Virus record (IMG/VR): IMGVR_UViG_3300038463_000730 | Location: 370,689 to 434,688 of that record | Strand: one strand, 5' to 3' | DNA length: 64,000 nucleotides | Shown here: piece by piece, positions 36,252 to 45,435 of the stretch | Layout of the letters: each line of letters opens with the position of its first letter | Numbering within the stretch: the first letter of the stretch is position 1 | Notes under the pieces: generated by a model | The model's input: only the letters and a program-made list of their open reading frames with translations | What the model was told of the DNA's origin: nothing | Databases searched by the model: none | Translations under genes and position numbers: made by a program

Positions 36252-36485
36252 TTATTTTCGGATCTGATCCGAAGCTGCAAGGAAGAGTTTACCAAGTTTT
36301 TCCAAATGATCGGCATTTAGATGATTGAGTGTCATTATGTTTTCCGAGTAACCATAGAACGAATTACTCACTTCCAAACCGTCTGGAACAAACTGATCTC
36401 CATTCCAGGACATGGTGTATTTGAATCGATACCCTCCGTTATCGATATGAATCGACTCATCGAGTACAACTTTTTTATCCATCAC
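36252..36485 (-). CDS. Hypothetical protein
   Basis: ORF. Confidence 0.55.
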   Translation of the reverse strand: MMDKKVVLDESIHIDNGGYRFKYTMSWNGDQFVPDGLEVSNSFYGYSENIMTLNHLNADHLEKLGKLFLAASDQIRK

Positions 36486-36699
36486 ATTCTCCTTTTAGAC
36501 AACCACCAGGGATCGTAACCGTAGTCCACGGTCGGTCATGACCTTTCACGATGAGCGGCTCGTCAAGTGTGATGATATAGATGAATACGATGTGCTCGGA
36601 TGAAATCCCGGTAATTCGCCCGGTTCGCTCAATTCCAGGACCGATCTCGAACCGAACGTGTTCTTCGATTTGAAAGTCGCGATGTAATCCGGGTTTCAT
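36475..36699 (-). CDS. Small SH3/KOW-like hypothetical protein
   Basis: ORF. Confidence 0.5.
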   Translation of the reverse strand: MKPGLHRDFQIEEHVRFEIGPGIERTGRITGISSEHIVFIYIITLDEPLIVKGHDRPWTTVTIPGGCLKGECDG

Positions 36700-37979
36700 T
36701 TCGGCAACTCGACCGGCCCACCGGTTTTGCCCATGATGTCAAAGTTGTTCAGGATGAACGCGATCACTTCACGTGAATCGACATTCCGATTGAATACGAC
36801 GTTCGGCCCATGCTCCTTCAGATAGACTGCGGAAAGGTTCCCAAACTTCTTGAGACCACGAGACGTGTTCTCGCCACACTGATGGGATCCGCATTCAAAT
36901 TCCCGCTGGCTAACCTGCGGCACTTCCGAGCCAGGCTTGATCGGGATATGAGCGTGAACGATGCAGTCATACTCCGGGTGCTCGCTGAATACGATGCGCT
37001 GGCTCTGCCCACCGACTGATGGCTTCGAGCCATAGGCCAGGACCGAATCAGGTCCATCCGTCTCGATCTTGACGAGCCCAATCTTCTCCAGGTCGTTGAA
37101 GTTGGTTTTGCGCCGGGACGTCAGGAAGGTTCGTTCGTCGATTTTGCATGCGAAGTGCCCGACCGTTACGCCTCGGAACGGTTTGTATGCACCACAGTTG
37201 ATCAGGCTATTCACTACGGCACGCAACGACTCTGGAACATCCTTCGATGACCACGGGACCGGCTCGCCTGCGACGACCGTGCTTCTGGTAAACGTCAAGT
37301 GACTTCGTAGATAAGCCATCTCGACAAGATTACGGAGCACTTCGTCACGTGATCCGTTGACCGTTTTCGATACGTGATACCTGGCTTCTTCCGGCGTCAC
37401 GATCATATTGACACGAGTCTTCGTATCATTTGCTAGGACTAGGTTGGAGCTAGATCTCTTAAGCAACCCCAGTGCTGCCACGTACTGTTCGTCTTCCGAA
37501 GCTCCACATGTGGTCTTGAAAGACACCAGAAAAATGTCTTTGCGGTCTCGCCGGATCTTCGAAACGAGTTTCGGAGCCGCCTCCAACTCAATCCGAATCG
37601 CAGGATCAATGTTCCGTGACTCCAACCTCGGTTCATATTTCCCACTCTCTGAGCCACCGTAACCATCGTTTATGTACCCGTTGAAGTCACATATCGCTGG
37701 ACTGAAGAAGATAATCTTTACGTTCGGATTGGCAGTGATCGTAGAGAGCAACATGTCAACATCTTCATTTGTTTCGATGTCGCTATGTTGCGGATCGGCC
37801 ATCCTGGTCAGGTGCAAGTTGACCTTGAGCTTGTCCGAATGTTCTTCGCACAAGCCCTTCAGACGCCTCGCGGTGAACCCGTAGGCCGGAGCTGCCAGTG
37901 CCAAGTGAGAACGAATGTGAGAGATCGTTCCACCACCAATAATCTCGACCGATTTCTTGAATGTCATGCGGACCTCCAA
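36696..37979 (-). CDS. CoaB (PPC synthetase)-like domain fused to a class II aldolase/adducin-like domain
   Basis: GGGT, PAICDF, APKLV, LVSFKTT, LVLAND; then FLTSRR, KPSVG, IVHAH. Confidence 0.7.
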   Translation of the reverse strand: MEVRMTFKKSVEIIGGGTISHIRSHLALAAPAYGFTARRLKGLCEEHSDKLKVNLHLTRMADPQHSDIETNEDVDMLLSTITANPNVKIIFFSPAICDFNGYINDGYGGSESGKYEPRLESRNIDPAIRIELEAAPKLVSKIRRDRKDIFLVSFKTTCGASEDEQYVAALGLLKRSSSNLVLANDTKTRVNMIVTPEEARYHVSKTVNGSRDEVLRNLVEMAYLRSHLTFTRSTVVAGEPVPWSSKDVPESLRAVVNSLINCGAYKPFRGVTVGHFACKIDERTFLTSRRKTNFNDLEKIGLVKIETDGPDSVLAYGSKPSVGGQSQRIVFSEHPEYDCIVHAHIPIKPGSEVPQVSQREFECGSHQCGENTSRGLKKFGNLSAVYLKEHGPNVVFNRNVDSREVIAFILNNFDIMGKTGGPVELPK

Positions 37980-38184
37980 GCCTCAGTCTACCACGGAAGT
38001 CGTCAGCTTGATCATGAAATGACCGATCCATTGCCGCGACGTAGCCAATCGATCCGCCAAGAATGCCTGTCGATCAATCGAACAAGTATCGAACTGATGC
38101 TGTAATTCCCGATGCAATCCGATCAGGCTAACAACCGATTCGATATCGGTGATCCACTCCGTTAGGCGTTTCAATTTAGCTAGC

Positions 38185-38598
38185 TCAATCATGTTCCTCA
38201 AGATAATCAGCCGCAGACCTTAGTAATGCCGGGTTGTCCAACATGTATCCAAGCGCGAAGTTACAAGTGACACACAACAATCCGCGAACTTTGCCGGTTG
38301 AATGATTGTGGTCAACACTTAATCTTTTGCCACTTTTATTAACCCTGCGACAGATGGCACAAACTCCATTCTGTTTTGTTACCAAAGTCTCGAATTCATC
38401 GAGGCTCATATCGTACATTCTTTTCAGTTTGCGCCGTAAATATCCTACTTTAGCTTTCGTAGGATTAGATTCTTTTCTCCATGTGTCCTGTAACTGTTTG
38501 AATTTCTCGGGGTGGTTTTGTCGCCACCGTTTCTGAGTTTCGAGGCGCCGTAGTCTTCGAGATTCAAGTTCTTCTGGAGTGGTTAGTTTTTTACTCAC
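38185..38598 (-). CDS. Endonuclease VII-family (HNH-like) nuclease
   Basis: CAIC..LSVDHNH.TGKVRGLLC..CN..LG. Confidence 0.9.
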   Translation of the reverse strand: MSKKLTTPEELESRRLRRLETQKRWRQNHPEKFKQLQDTWRKESNPTKAKVGYLRRKLKRMYDMSLDEFETLVTKQNGVCAICRRVNKSGKRLSVDHNHSTGKVRGLLCVTCNFALGYMLDNPALLRSAADYLEEHD

Positions 38599-38616
38599 AC
38601 TCCAGATATATCGGTG

Positions 38617-38955
38617 TCATTCGTAACGACCGTTTTTGCACTTGGTAATATCTACCCCGATCGCCGTTCCAGCCTTAGCGAAAGCTCCGTGCTCCACCTG
38701 AATTCTGTTGTACCAGCCGGACAGATGAATCAAACCTGCTTCATCGTTCCAGAAGATACCGTCACTTGCAGTCTCATTGGTTATCCCAACTCCTTTCAGT
38801 TGCCAGCAATTGAAAGGTTTACCATCCATTCCAATCTGAGTAACGACCCAATCGGCACCGAGCTGGGTCGCAGAATACGAATTGCAATCTCTTTCCCACC
38901 CGGCACAACCAACCAACAAGGTAAGACAAAGTGAAGCAGTGACAACTTTTTTCAT
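38617..38955 (-). CDS. Lipoprotein
   Basis: Lipobox LVGC. Confidence 0.65.
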   Translation of the reverse strand: MKKVVTASLCLTLLVGCAGWERDCNSYSATQLGADWVVTQIGMDGKPFNCWQLKGVGITNETASDGIFWNDEAGLIHLSGWYNRIQVEHGAFAKAGTAIGVDITKCKNGRYE

Positions 38956-39040
38956 TGTAGTTTCCTTAAGGCCTTTCCAACTATCAATCCAATTAAGACG
39001 AAGACAACGAAGGTAATGTAGAACTTGACGTACTCAGGAT

Positions 39041-39397
39041 TCATCCCTTCTTTCGCGGAACAATTGCCTTGGCCCGACGCTCCCAAACTACTTTGTATTC
39101 ATCCTGGTAACCCATCGTTGTCTTGACGTTCGCAATCTCTTCCGGCGTCAGGGCTTCGTCGAGGTTCCATGTCTGAGCAATATCACCCTTCGGATTGATT
39201 GCTTCGATTACCGCGTTACCAATTGCCCATCCGAAGTTCGACCAACCTCGACCCCAAACCTCGGGATACGCCTTGGCAATGTTGAAAGCGTTCTGTAGCA
39301 ATGCCGGGCGACCAACCAACTCGACTGCCTTATCGAAGTACTTCAGCCCACAACGACGCTCGGTAACAACCTGATCCTTCGTATACTTTGAAGCCAT
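39041..39397 (-). CDS. Hypothetical protein
   Basis: ORF. Confidence 0.6.
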   Translation of the reverse strand: MASKYTKDQVVTERRCGLKYFDKAVELVGRPALLQNAFNIAKAYPEVWGRGWSNFGWAIGNAVIEAINPKGDIAQTWNLDEALTPEEIANVKTTMGYQDEYKVVWERRAKAIVPRKKG

Positions 39398-39398
39398 G

Positions 39399-39626
39399 TT
39401 AGTCTCCGGTATGTTCGTAGCTTAGTAAGCTGTCTAAGTAATTATCGTCTTCAGCATCTTCTTCGCTATCGACGACTATGAAGTTGTGTAACGTTCGTTC
39501 CATGAGATAAGCTTCGAGTATCCTCTCCAACTCCTCGTTGGATTTTCGTTTCTCTCGAAGCTTATCTATTTTGTCTAGCGCGGCTTTTCTCGATACGGTA
39601 AGTGTTGAGTAGACGCCCATGTTCAA
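39399..39626 (-). CDS. Hypothetical protein
   Basis: ORF. Confidence 0.55.
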   Translation of the reverse strand: MNMGVYSTLTVSRKAALDKIDKLREKRKSNEELERILEAYLMERTLHNFIVVDSEEDAEDDNYLDSLLSYEHTGD

Positions 39627-40765
39627 TCTAGTGAGTCGTCACTACCTCCGCCACCGCAGTCACCACCGCCACCCGTGAAGGGATCATCATCGTCATCGTT
39701 CGAGCTGCTACCGCTACCCCAGCCCTTGTCCGTGTCATCACTATCATCGTCGTCATCATTCGACAGTATTAACGCAACCGCGCCGATCGCTCCGATTACT
39801 CCAGCCGCAACCTCCACATCCTCCACCACGTTACTTCGCCGTTCCTCGCGCTCTTCGTAGATCGGTGAGGTAGAGGGCTGCGGCGGAACGTAAGGCGGCG
39901 GTGCAACGTAGGCTCTGGGTCGCGAGTACGGAACCGGAACCGGAACCGGAACCGGTGTCGGAAGCGGAACGGTAGTACGTTCGTCAGAGAAACTAGGTTG
40001 CGGTGAATAGATCGGCGAAGCGTAGGCCGGGACAGGAGGAGTATATGAATAACTGTAGTTATCCTCATTCTTACGACGGAACATCCAGGCTGCCAACGCA
40101 ATGGCGCAACCAATCAATGCGAGCAAACCAAGAACAAATCCTGCTCCAACCGAGTCACTCTGAGGAGTGCTGGTTGCCGCCGCTGCTTCAGTAACGGGAG
40201 TGGTATTGTCGGTAGCCGTGTCGGTCGCTGGTGCAGTTACCGGAACATTGCTCACGCTCGTTGCAGTCAAGCCCTGGTCCACGCGCAATAGATTGGCCGC
40301 AGCACTCGTTCCATCGTCGATTGCTTTGCGGAGGTTCCCTGCCTTGAAAGGCGGGCGGATTTGGTTCTTGATGATGTCGTTGCATTGAACATCGGTTAGT
40401 GCTCCGCCTACTCCCTTCCCAGTATCGATTCGAGCTTTCCGATCATCCGTGACAATGAGGAACAATACCCCGTTGTCCTTCCCGCTCTTTCCTAGATGCC
40501 AGGAAGAGAATGTGGAATACCCTATGTCCTTGATGTCTTCCCCATTGAGTTTCGAAATGACCAGTACTGCGATCTCGTTCGTCGTCTGTCGGTTTTCGAC
40601 TTCGAGTTGGTGATCCAAATACTTCACGTCAGCCGTAGACAATCGGCCCGACTGATCAACGACATGATGACCGTTGAGCGGTGGAGGAGTGAATGCAAAG
40701 GCGACGTGCGGCATAACCAAAATGGTTAGGGCCAAAACCAAACTTGAAAGGAAAGTCTTATTCAT
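39623..40765 (-). CDS. TPM-domain membrane protein
   Basis: Signal peptide, VVDQSGRLS, EIAVLVI, WHLG..DNGVLFLI..DRKARIDTGKG, GGG tail. Confidence 0.85.
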   Translation of the reverse strand: MNKTFLSSLVLALTILVMPHVAFAFTPPPLNGHHVVDQSGRLSTADVKYLDHQLEVENRQTTNEIAVLVISKLNGEDIKDIGYSTFSSWHLGKSGKDNGVLFLIVTDDRKARIDTGKGVGGALTDVQCNDIIKNQIRPPFKAGNLRKAIDDGTSAAANLLRVDQGLTATSVSNVPVTAPATDTATDNTTPVTEAAAATSTPQSDSVGAGFVLGLLALIGCAIALAAWMFRRKNEDNYSYSYTPPVPAYASPIYSPQPSFSDERTTVPLPTPVPVPVPVPYSRPRAYVAPPPYVPPQPSTSPIYEEREERRSNVVEDVEVAAGVIGAIGAVALILSNDDDDDSDDTDKGWGSGSSSNDDDDDPFTGGGGDCGGGGSDDSLD

Positions 40766-40805
40766 GACACTCAACTTAGGTTGGGAGTAGACGTGGCCAG
40801 CGCAG

Positions 40806-40997
40806 TTACTTGTGATCGATGCGACTCTCGATGTACTTCGTAACTTCATCGAAGGACTTGTCCGCAGCTTCGAACTTCTTCGTCAGCTCCGGGTCGTTGA
40901 TCATCTTGATATGTTCCGCAGCATGCTTCAACGGAGCCTTCTGTTGCTGAAGATACGTGACCACCTGAACGAGACGAGACTTTGTATCTAGCGCCAT
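40806..40997 (-). CDS. Hypothetical protein
   Basis: ORF with SD. Confidence 0.55.
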   Translation of the reverse strand: MALDTKSRLVQVVTYLQQQKAPLKHAAEHIKMINDPELTKKFEAADKSFDEVTKYIESRIDHK

Positions 40998-41015
40998 AGT
41001 GACCTTCCTTCTTTG

Positions 41016-41612
41016 TTACGGGTGCGGTTGCTGTTGTGCCGGTTGAGCTGGAGCCTGCGGAGCAGGCTGATAGTATTGCGGCTGCGGAGCCGGAGCATAC
41101 TGCGGAGGGTATGGCTGCTGTACCGGTTGCGGCGCGAGCTGCTGGGGATACTGGTAGGGCTGCGGTGCGTACTGCACCTGCTGAGCGGGAGGAGCCTGGG
41201 CCGGAGCCTGAACATAGATGACGGTGGGCTGAGCCGGTGCCGCGGGAGCTTGGGCCGGTGCTGGAGCTACCGCAACCGGAGCGGGCTTCATTAGGTTGGC
41301 CACGTTCGGCGCATCCTTCGCGCTCGCATCAGCCTCGAAGTAAAGGCGAGCCTGAAATGGATGACCCGTTACGGCGTTCGTAACTTGCCCGTGAATCTTT
41401 CCCAGCTCGGTATTGTACTGGGCAACGACCTTGTTGTACTCCTGGCGAGAACGCAGGATACGATTCTCCGTTCCCTCGATTTGTATTGAGAGATCGTGAA
41501 ACTGCTGCGTCGCTTTCAACTCGGGATAATGTTCGCTAGCAACCATCAACCGAGACAACGATCCATGCAGTTGGCTTTGTGCCGCATTGAATGCAGCAAC
41601 CTTCGCCGGATC
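41016..41612 (-). pseudogene. lemA: 5'-truncated lemA
   Basis: DPAKVAAFNAAQSQLHGSLSRLMVASEHYPELKA..IEGTENRI..R..YN; N-terminal TM half absent. Confidence 0.75.
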
Positions 41613-41827
41613 CGGATTGAGTTCGCGATGCGCGGCTGCCAGTCCACGAGTCCCTTCTGTTGAAGGGCTTTCATGTGACCGTGGCCAACAGTGTCGTTGT
41701 TTCCGCCGAGGTGATCCGAAATCTGTTTGAATGTCGGACTCTCGCCCTTGTTCTTGGCGATGTAGGCCTTGACGAAGCGAAAAGTTTTTTCCTGGATCTT
41801 CGTCAACGAAACTTCTACCTGCTGCAT
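41546..41827 (-). CDS. LexA-type N-terminal DNA-binding domain (no peptidase domain)
   Basis: LTKIQEKTFRFV..SPTFKQISDHLG..HMKALQQKGLV..NSIRI; strong SD. Confidence 0.75.
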   Translation of the reverse strand: MQQVEVSLTKIQEKTFRFVKAYIAKNKGESPTFKQISDHLGGNNDTVGHGHMKALQQKGLVDWQPRIANSIRIRRRLLHSMRHKANCMDRCLG

Positions 41828-41855
41828 GGTCGTCTCCCTCTCGGTTGATCGGAGG

Positions 41856-43184
41856 CTAAACGAGGCGCTTTTCTGCCACGTTGGCCTTCGGAAGAGGCGA
41901 TCCTACACCCTTTTCCACAGGAGGCAACCGTTCCTGTTGCACGTTTGAAAGGCGACGCTTTGCAAGCTTGATGAACTTTCGTGGCAACCCGACAGCTACC
42001 ATTATCGTTTCCAATTGACGCCGTTTGTAGGGCAAAGAATTGCGGCGCTTTACCTCCAATGCCAGAAGTTTTTCGGCCTTGACCTTCATTCTCTCAAGCT
42101 TCCGCAACGTCTTCAAAAGATTGAGCCTTGCCTTCAGCATAGCAAATGCCTCTCGCTTTTTGGTCCAAGCCATGCTCTTCCGACGACGTTCGATCTGACG
42201 AGGACTCGCCGGTCTTTCGCCATTGATCACAACACGAGCGTTGTTCTTCGAACGCTCTGCAATGACTCGTTCAACCTCGGAGGTTATGAAAAGGAATTCG
42301 AAATCGTCCAGCGGAGATAGGATCGATTTGAGTCCTGCTTCCGTTACCCAGCGCTTTGTGATCTGCCATCCAATACCAATCCTATGCGCGATGGCAGTGA
42401 GTGTGTCTCGACCTACCATTAGTGCGAGATTGGCAGCAACGACCCGATCAATCGTGGCAGTACTGACCCACCAAAGACAATTGTTCGACGGTCGCTCTTC
42501 TCCGGCAGCTTCGAGCCATTTGCGAAGTCGAACTTTGTTTATCCCGCGCTTTGTTGCAGCCGGACCAACAACCTCGGCATTCTTCACCCAATGCGCGGCG
42601 GCTTCATCAACTTCCTCAATCCAAACGTAATGCCGGTCACACGCTTTGCGCTCGGGAGTCTTCTTCTTGTTCCTCTTCCATGCCTTCCTTCGAACCCTGT
42701 TCTTCCAGGATTTTGGGTATGTTTTGCATGGAAAGATTTCCACTTCGCTGAAGGCTAGTATCTTCTTCAGCATATTGAGACTGGTGAAACCAGTCCGCCT
42801 ACAAGCAGACATTAGAGACTCGGCGCCTTCGGGAGGCCCGACATACAACTCCATGGTCATCGCCCGCTTGATGACCGAAGCTTGCGAGCGGTTCAAACCC
42901 TTGGCAATTGCAGCGACGGTACTGAACTCCCACTCACCGAGTAGGTACTGTAGCTCGTGAGGTTCCCACCGCTTGTGGCCCTTGGCAGCTTGGAGCCCGA
43001 GCTTACCGCCCATCGCCATGATGGCGGACTTGGAACGATTCGGCAGTAACTTCATTATCGCGCGAACACTTTTGCCTTCGTAGTTCGCCTTAATGATTTC
43101 GAGTTCCTCGGGCTTCCAAACCCGGCCCCAAGGTCCACCCTTCTGCGGCGTTGCTTGCTCGTGAGAGATTGCTGCAACCATCAT
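41856..43184 (-). CDS. Basic protein with Myb/SANT-like and HTH-like repeats
   Basis: WKPEELE..LPNRS, WEPHELQ..LNRS repeats. Confidence 0.65.
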   Translation of the reverse strand: MMVAAISHEQATPQKGGPWGRVWKPEELEIIKANYEGKSVRAIMKLLPNRSKSAIMAMGGKLGLQAAKGHKRWEPHELQYLLGEWEFSTVAAIAKGLNRSQASVIKRAMTMELYVGPPEGAESLMSACRRTGFTSLNMLKKILAFSEVEIFPCKTYPKSWKNRVRRKAWKRNKKKTPERKACDRHYVWIEEVDEAAAHWVKNAEVVGPAATKRGINKVRLRKWLEAAGEERPSNNCLWWVSTATIDRVVAANLALMVGRDTLTAIAHRIGIGWQITKRWVTEAGLKSILSPLDDFEFLFITSEVERVIAERSKNNARVVINGERPASPRQIERRRKSMAWTKKREAFAMLKARLNLLKTLRKLERMKVKAEKLLALEVKRRNSLPYKRRQLETIMVAVGLPRKFIKLAKRRLSNVQQERLPPVEKGVGSPLPKANVAEKRLV

Positions 43185-44461
43185 CGCCTCTGCTGCAAAG
43201 CTAGCTTACGTTTCGCCGCTTGCTTCGCCGCACGTCTTGCTTTCTTTCGCTCTCGAAGTTTCACTTTTGCCAACGCTAGTTCGGCCCTAGCTTTACGTTT
43301 GGCATCTCGCTCCACTATCCGTTGCTGCTGCGCCCTCAGCTTGAGAACGACGAGGAATGAACGTTGAGCGGCTTTCGTTTCTCGAATCCTCCAACGAAGA
43401 ATGGAGATGAATCTCCGATACTCCATTTTGGAATGATTGACTCGAACGCCATTCACTCGGGCGAGAACACTCTTCGATAGGTTTTCCCCGACAACCCGAT
43501 CCACGTCAGCCGGATCAAGTCTCCACTGGCGAGTCTTCGGGTTCCAATCGAACCCCGCTTTTCTCAACCATAGCCGGAGTGACTCGTACCAGAGCCCATG
43601 CCGATCCGCAGCTTGGAGCAGTGTTTCGAAGCGACTGTCTTCCTCACGCTTCTTTCGCCAATCCGCAACGAGCTTGTCGAGCGTCTTGCTATTTAGCCTG
43701 AGGGCAAACTTTTTGTCTTTCGAGACAACCTTTAGTCCGGCCGCGATGAGTATATCAGTGAGCCGGTGCTGAGAGATTTCGAGACGTTCGGCAGCCTTGG
43801 GAATTGTCTCGGTCTCGGTAACCCACTTCCTTACGGCCTCTTCCGCCTCCATGATGTCAACGTAGCGGTGCGGAGCCTTGAACCGCCTGCGCGTCGTTCG
43901 CTTGGTACGCTTCCGTTTTCCCTGAGGGATTGTTGGAAGGCGCGTTACCTTGACATTGAAGTGCTCCAATATTCCGTAGAACGTGGAGGGCTCGTAACCC
44001 ATCTTGTTTGCAACGGCAGTAACGAAGTCGCATCCTTCAGGCGGACCTTTGTGGAGGCCGAGATTTTCCGCCTTGTTGATGATAGCCCTTATCTTTCGAT
44101 TCAATTCACGAGCAATGATATGGGGTTTGGTAAACTCCCATTCGCTTTCGATGTATTGAATCTCATCATCCGTCCAACGACGACGATGATTCCCGTTGAC
44201 CTTGATCCCGAGCTTCTCCGCTTTCTGAACCAGCGAGGAATGGGTACGGCCAGGTAAGAGCTTGAGAGCTTTCTTCGGTCCTAACTCCGGGTATTGAGTC
44301 TTGACAATTTCGATTTCCGCAGCGGACCAGAACTTTCGTTGCGCCGTGTTCTGAACACGTTTCGGGTTCGAAACCTCAACGAGTTTCGCCGGTCCTTCGA
44401 ATTGTACTGCCGTTGCGGTCATCGGACCAATCGACGTACTACGCCGAGATCCGGCTGTCAA
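43181..44461 (-). CDS. Basic protein with Myb/SANT-like and HTH-like repeats (tandem paralog)
   Basis: WSAAEIE..LPGRT, WTDDEIQ..LNRK repeats. Confidence 0.65.
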   Translation of the reverse strand: MTAGSRRSTSIGPMTATAVQFEGPAKLVEVSNPKRVQNTAQRKFWSAAEIEIVKTQYPELGPKKALKLLPGRTHSSLVQKAEKLGIKVNGNHRRRWTDDEIQYIESEWEFTKPHIIARELNRKIRAIINKAENLGLHKGPPEGCDFVTAVANKMGYEPSTFYGILEHFNVKVTRLPTIPQGKRKRTKRTTRRRFKAPHRYVDIMEAEEAVRKWVTETETIPKAAERLEISQHRLTDILIAAGLKVVSKDKKFALRLNSKTLDKLVADWRKKREEDSRFETLLQAADRHGLWYESLRLWLRKAGFDWNPKTRQWRLDPADVDRVVGENLSKSVLARVNGVRVNHSKMEYRRFISILRWRIRETKAAQRSFLVVLKLRAQQQRIVERDAKRKARAELALAKVKLRERKKARRAAKQAAKRKLALQQRR

Positions 44462-44500
44462 CGCTCGGCATTCACTCTGTTGTTTCTGTCATCGAACAAT

Positions 44501-45217
44501 TCAGTGCGTGTGATCTCCGCCCGTCACATAGGCTGAGCAAACATCGCACCACCGCCCTGTAGGCAATGGCCCAACGTGAACGCCAATTTCATCGCTCGGC
44601 TTCCCCTGAATCGCCAGCATTAGCCGATCAACACCGATAGCCCAGCCGATTCCTTCCTTGTAACGCCCGCCTCCAGCAATTTGCTTCTGCGCTCCAAGAT
44701 ACGATACTTCGGCCTCGAACCCGTCCTCCACGTAATAGGAGAGTCCTCGCTTGACCGTATCATTGAATTGATACGGGATGCCGAAAAGATTCAGCGTCTC
44801 CTTCAATGCTTTTACCGCATCTTCTTTCGTGACCCGATTCCCGAGGAGTTCGACTCCAGCCTGGGTAAACTCGCGGTGACGACCAGCCTGCGGCTTCTCG
44901 TAGCGATAGCACCGTTGGATGTAAAAGATCTTCATTGGGTGACGAACGCGATTGTGCCATTCGTCATTCCACATCTTCTGAACAACCGCCGTACATTCCG
45001 GAATCAAACAGATGTCACGATCGCCTTTGTCTTTGAAGGCGTACATTTGATTGATGATTTCAGGCCCGGCCTTATCGATGAAGGTCTGTTGATCCCACAT
45101 TGATGGCAGAAGGATCTCGTTGAACCCTTGTGCAACGAGGGCTGCACGAATCCCTTGACAGGTAGAAAAGTAAAGATCTGCTTCTTCACCAATCAGCAAT
45201 CGCGTGCCTTTCACCAT
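44501..45217 (-). CDS. Truncated histidyl-tRNA synthetase-like catalytic core
   Basis: LIPECT, motif 2 YRYEKPQAGRHREFTQAGVE, RGLSYY, GGGRY, motif 3 GWAIGVDRL. Confidence 0.85.
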   Translation of the reverse strand: MVKGTRLLIGEEADLYFSTCQGIRAALVAQGFNEILLPSMWDQQTFIDKAGPEIINQMYAFKDKGDRDICLIPECTAVVQKMWNDEWHNRVRHPMKIFYIQRCYRYEKPQAGRHREFTQAGVELLGNRVTKEDAVKALKETLNLFGIPYQFNDTVKRGLSYYVEDGFEAEVSYLGAQKQIAGGGRYKEGIGWAIGVDRLMLAIQGKPSDEIGVHVGPLPTGRWCDVCSAYVTGGDHTH

Positions 45218-45225
45218 AACCGCTC

Positions 45226-45435
45226 CTATCGACGACCAAAGAACGTGGACCTAATGTCTACGGCATACAGGCGTGCCACCTCAACGATACGGTACCACAC
45301 TCGGCGGCGAAAGGCCATCGTTGTCCAACCGTTCCAGCAATGGGAGCAGGCGCACCAGTCGTAGCACGGTCCATCGCTAAACTTTCGACTAGTGAACTTG
45401 AACCGTCTCAATTTAGACAGGTACCGCTTGAGCAT
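45226..45435 (-). CDS. Small Cys-containing hypothetical protein
   Basis: ORF. Confidence 0.45.
   Translation of the reverse strand: MLKRYLSKLRRFKFTSRKFSDGPCYDWCACSHCWNGWTTMAFRRRVWYRIVEVARLYAVDIRSTFFGRR

Noticed and set aside
39930-39956. GGAACC tandem repeat, and QAP/QP repeats in the lemA tail
   Set aside because: These encode low-complexity PVPV and Q/P linkers; they are not CRISPR or VNTR elements.
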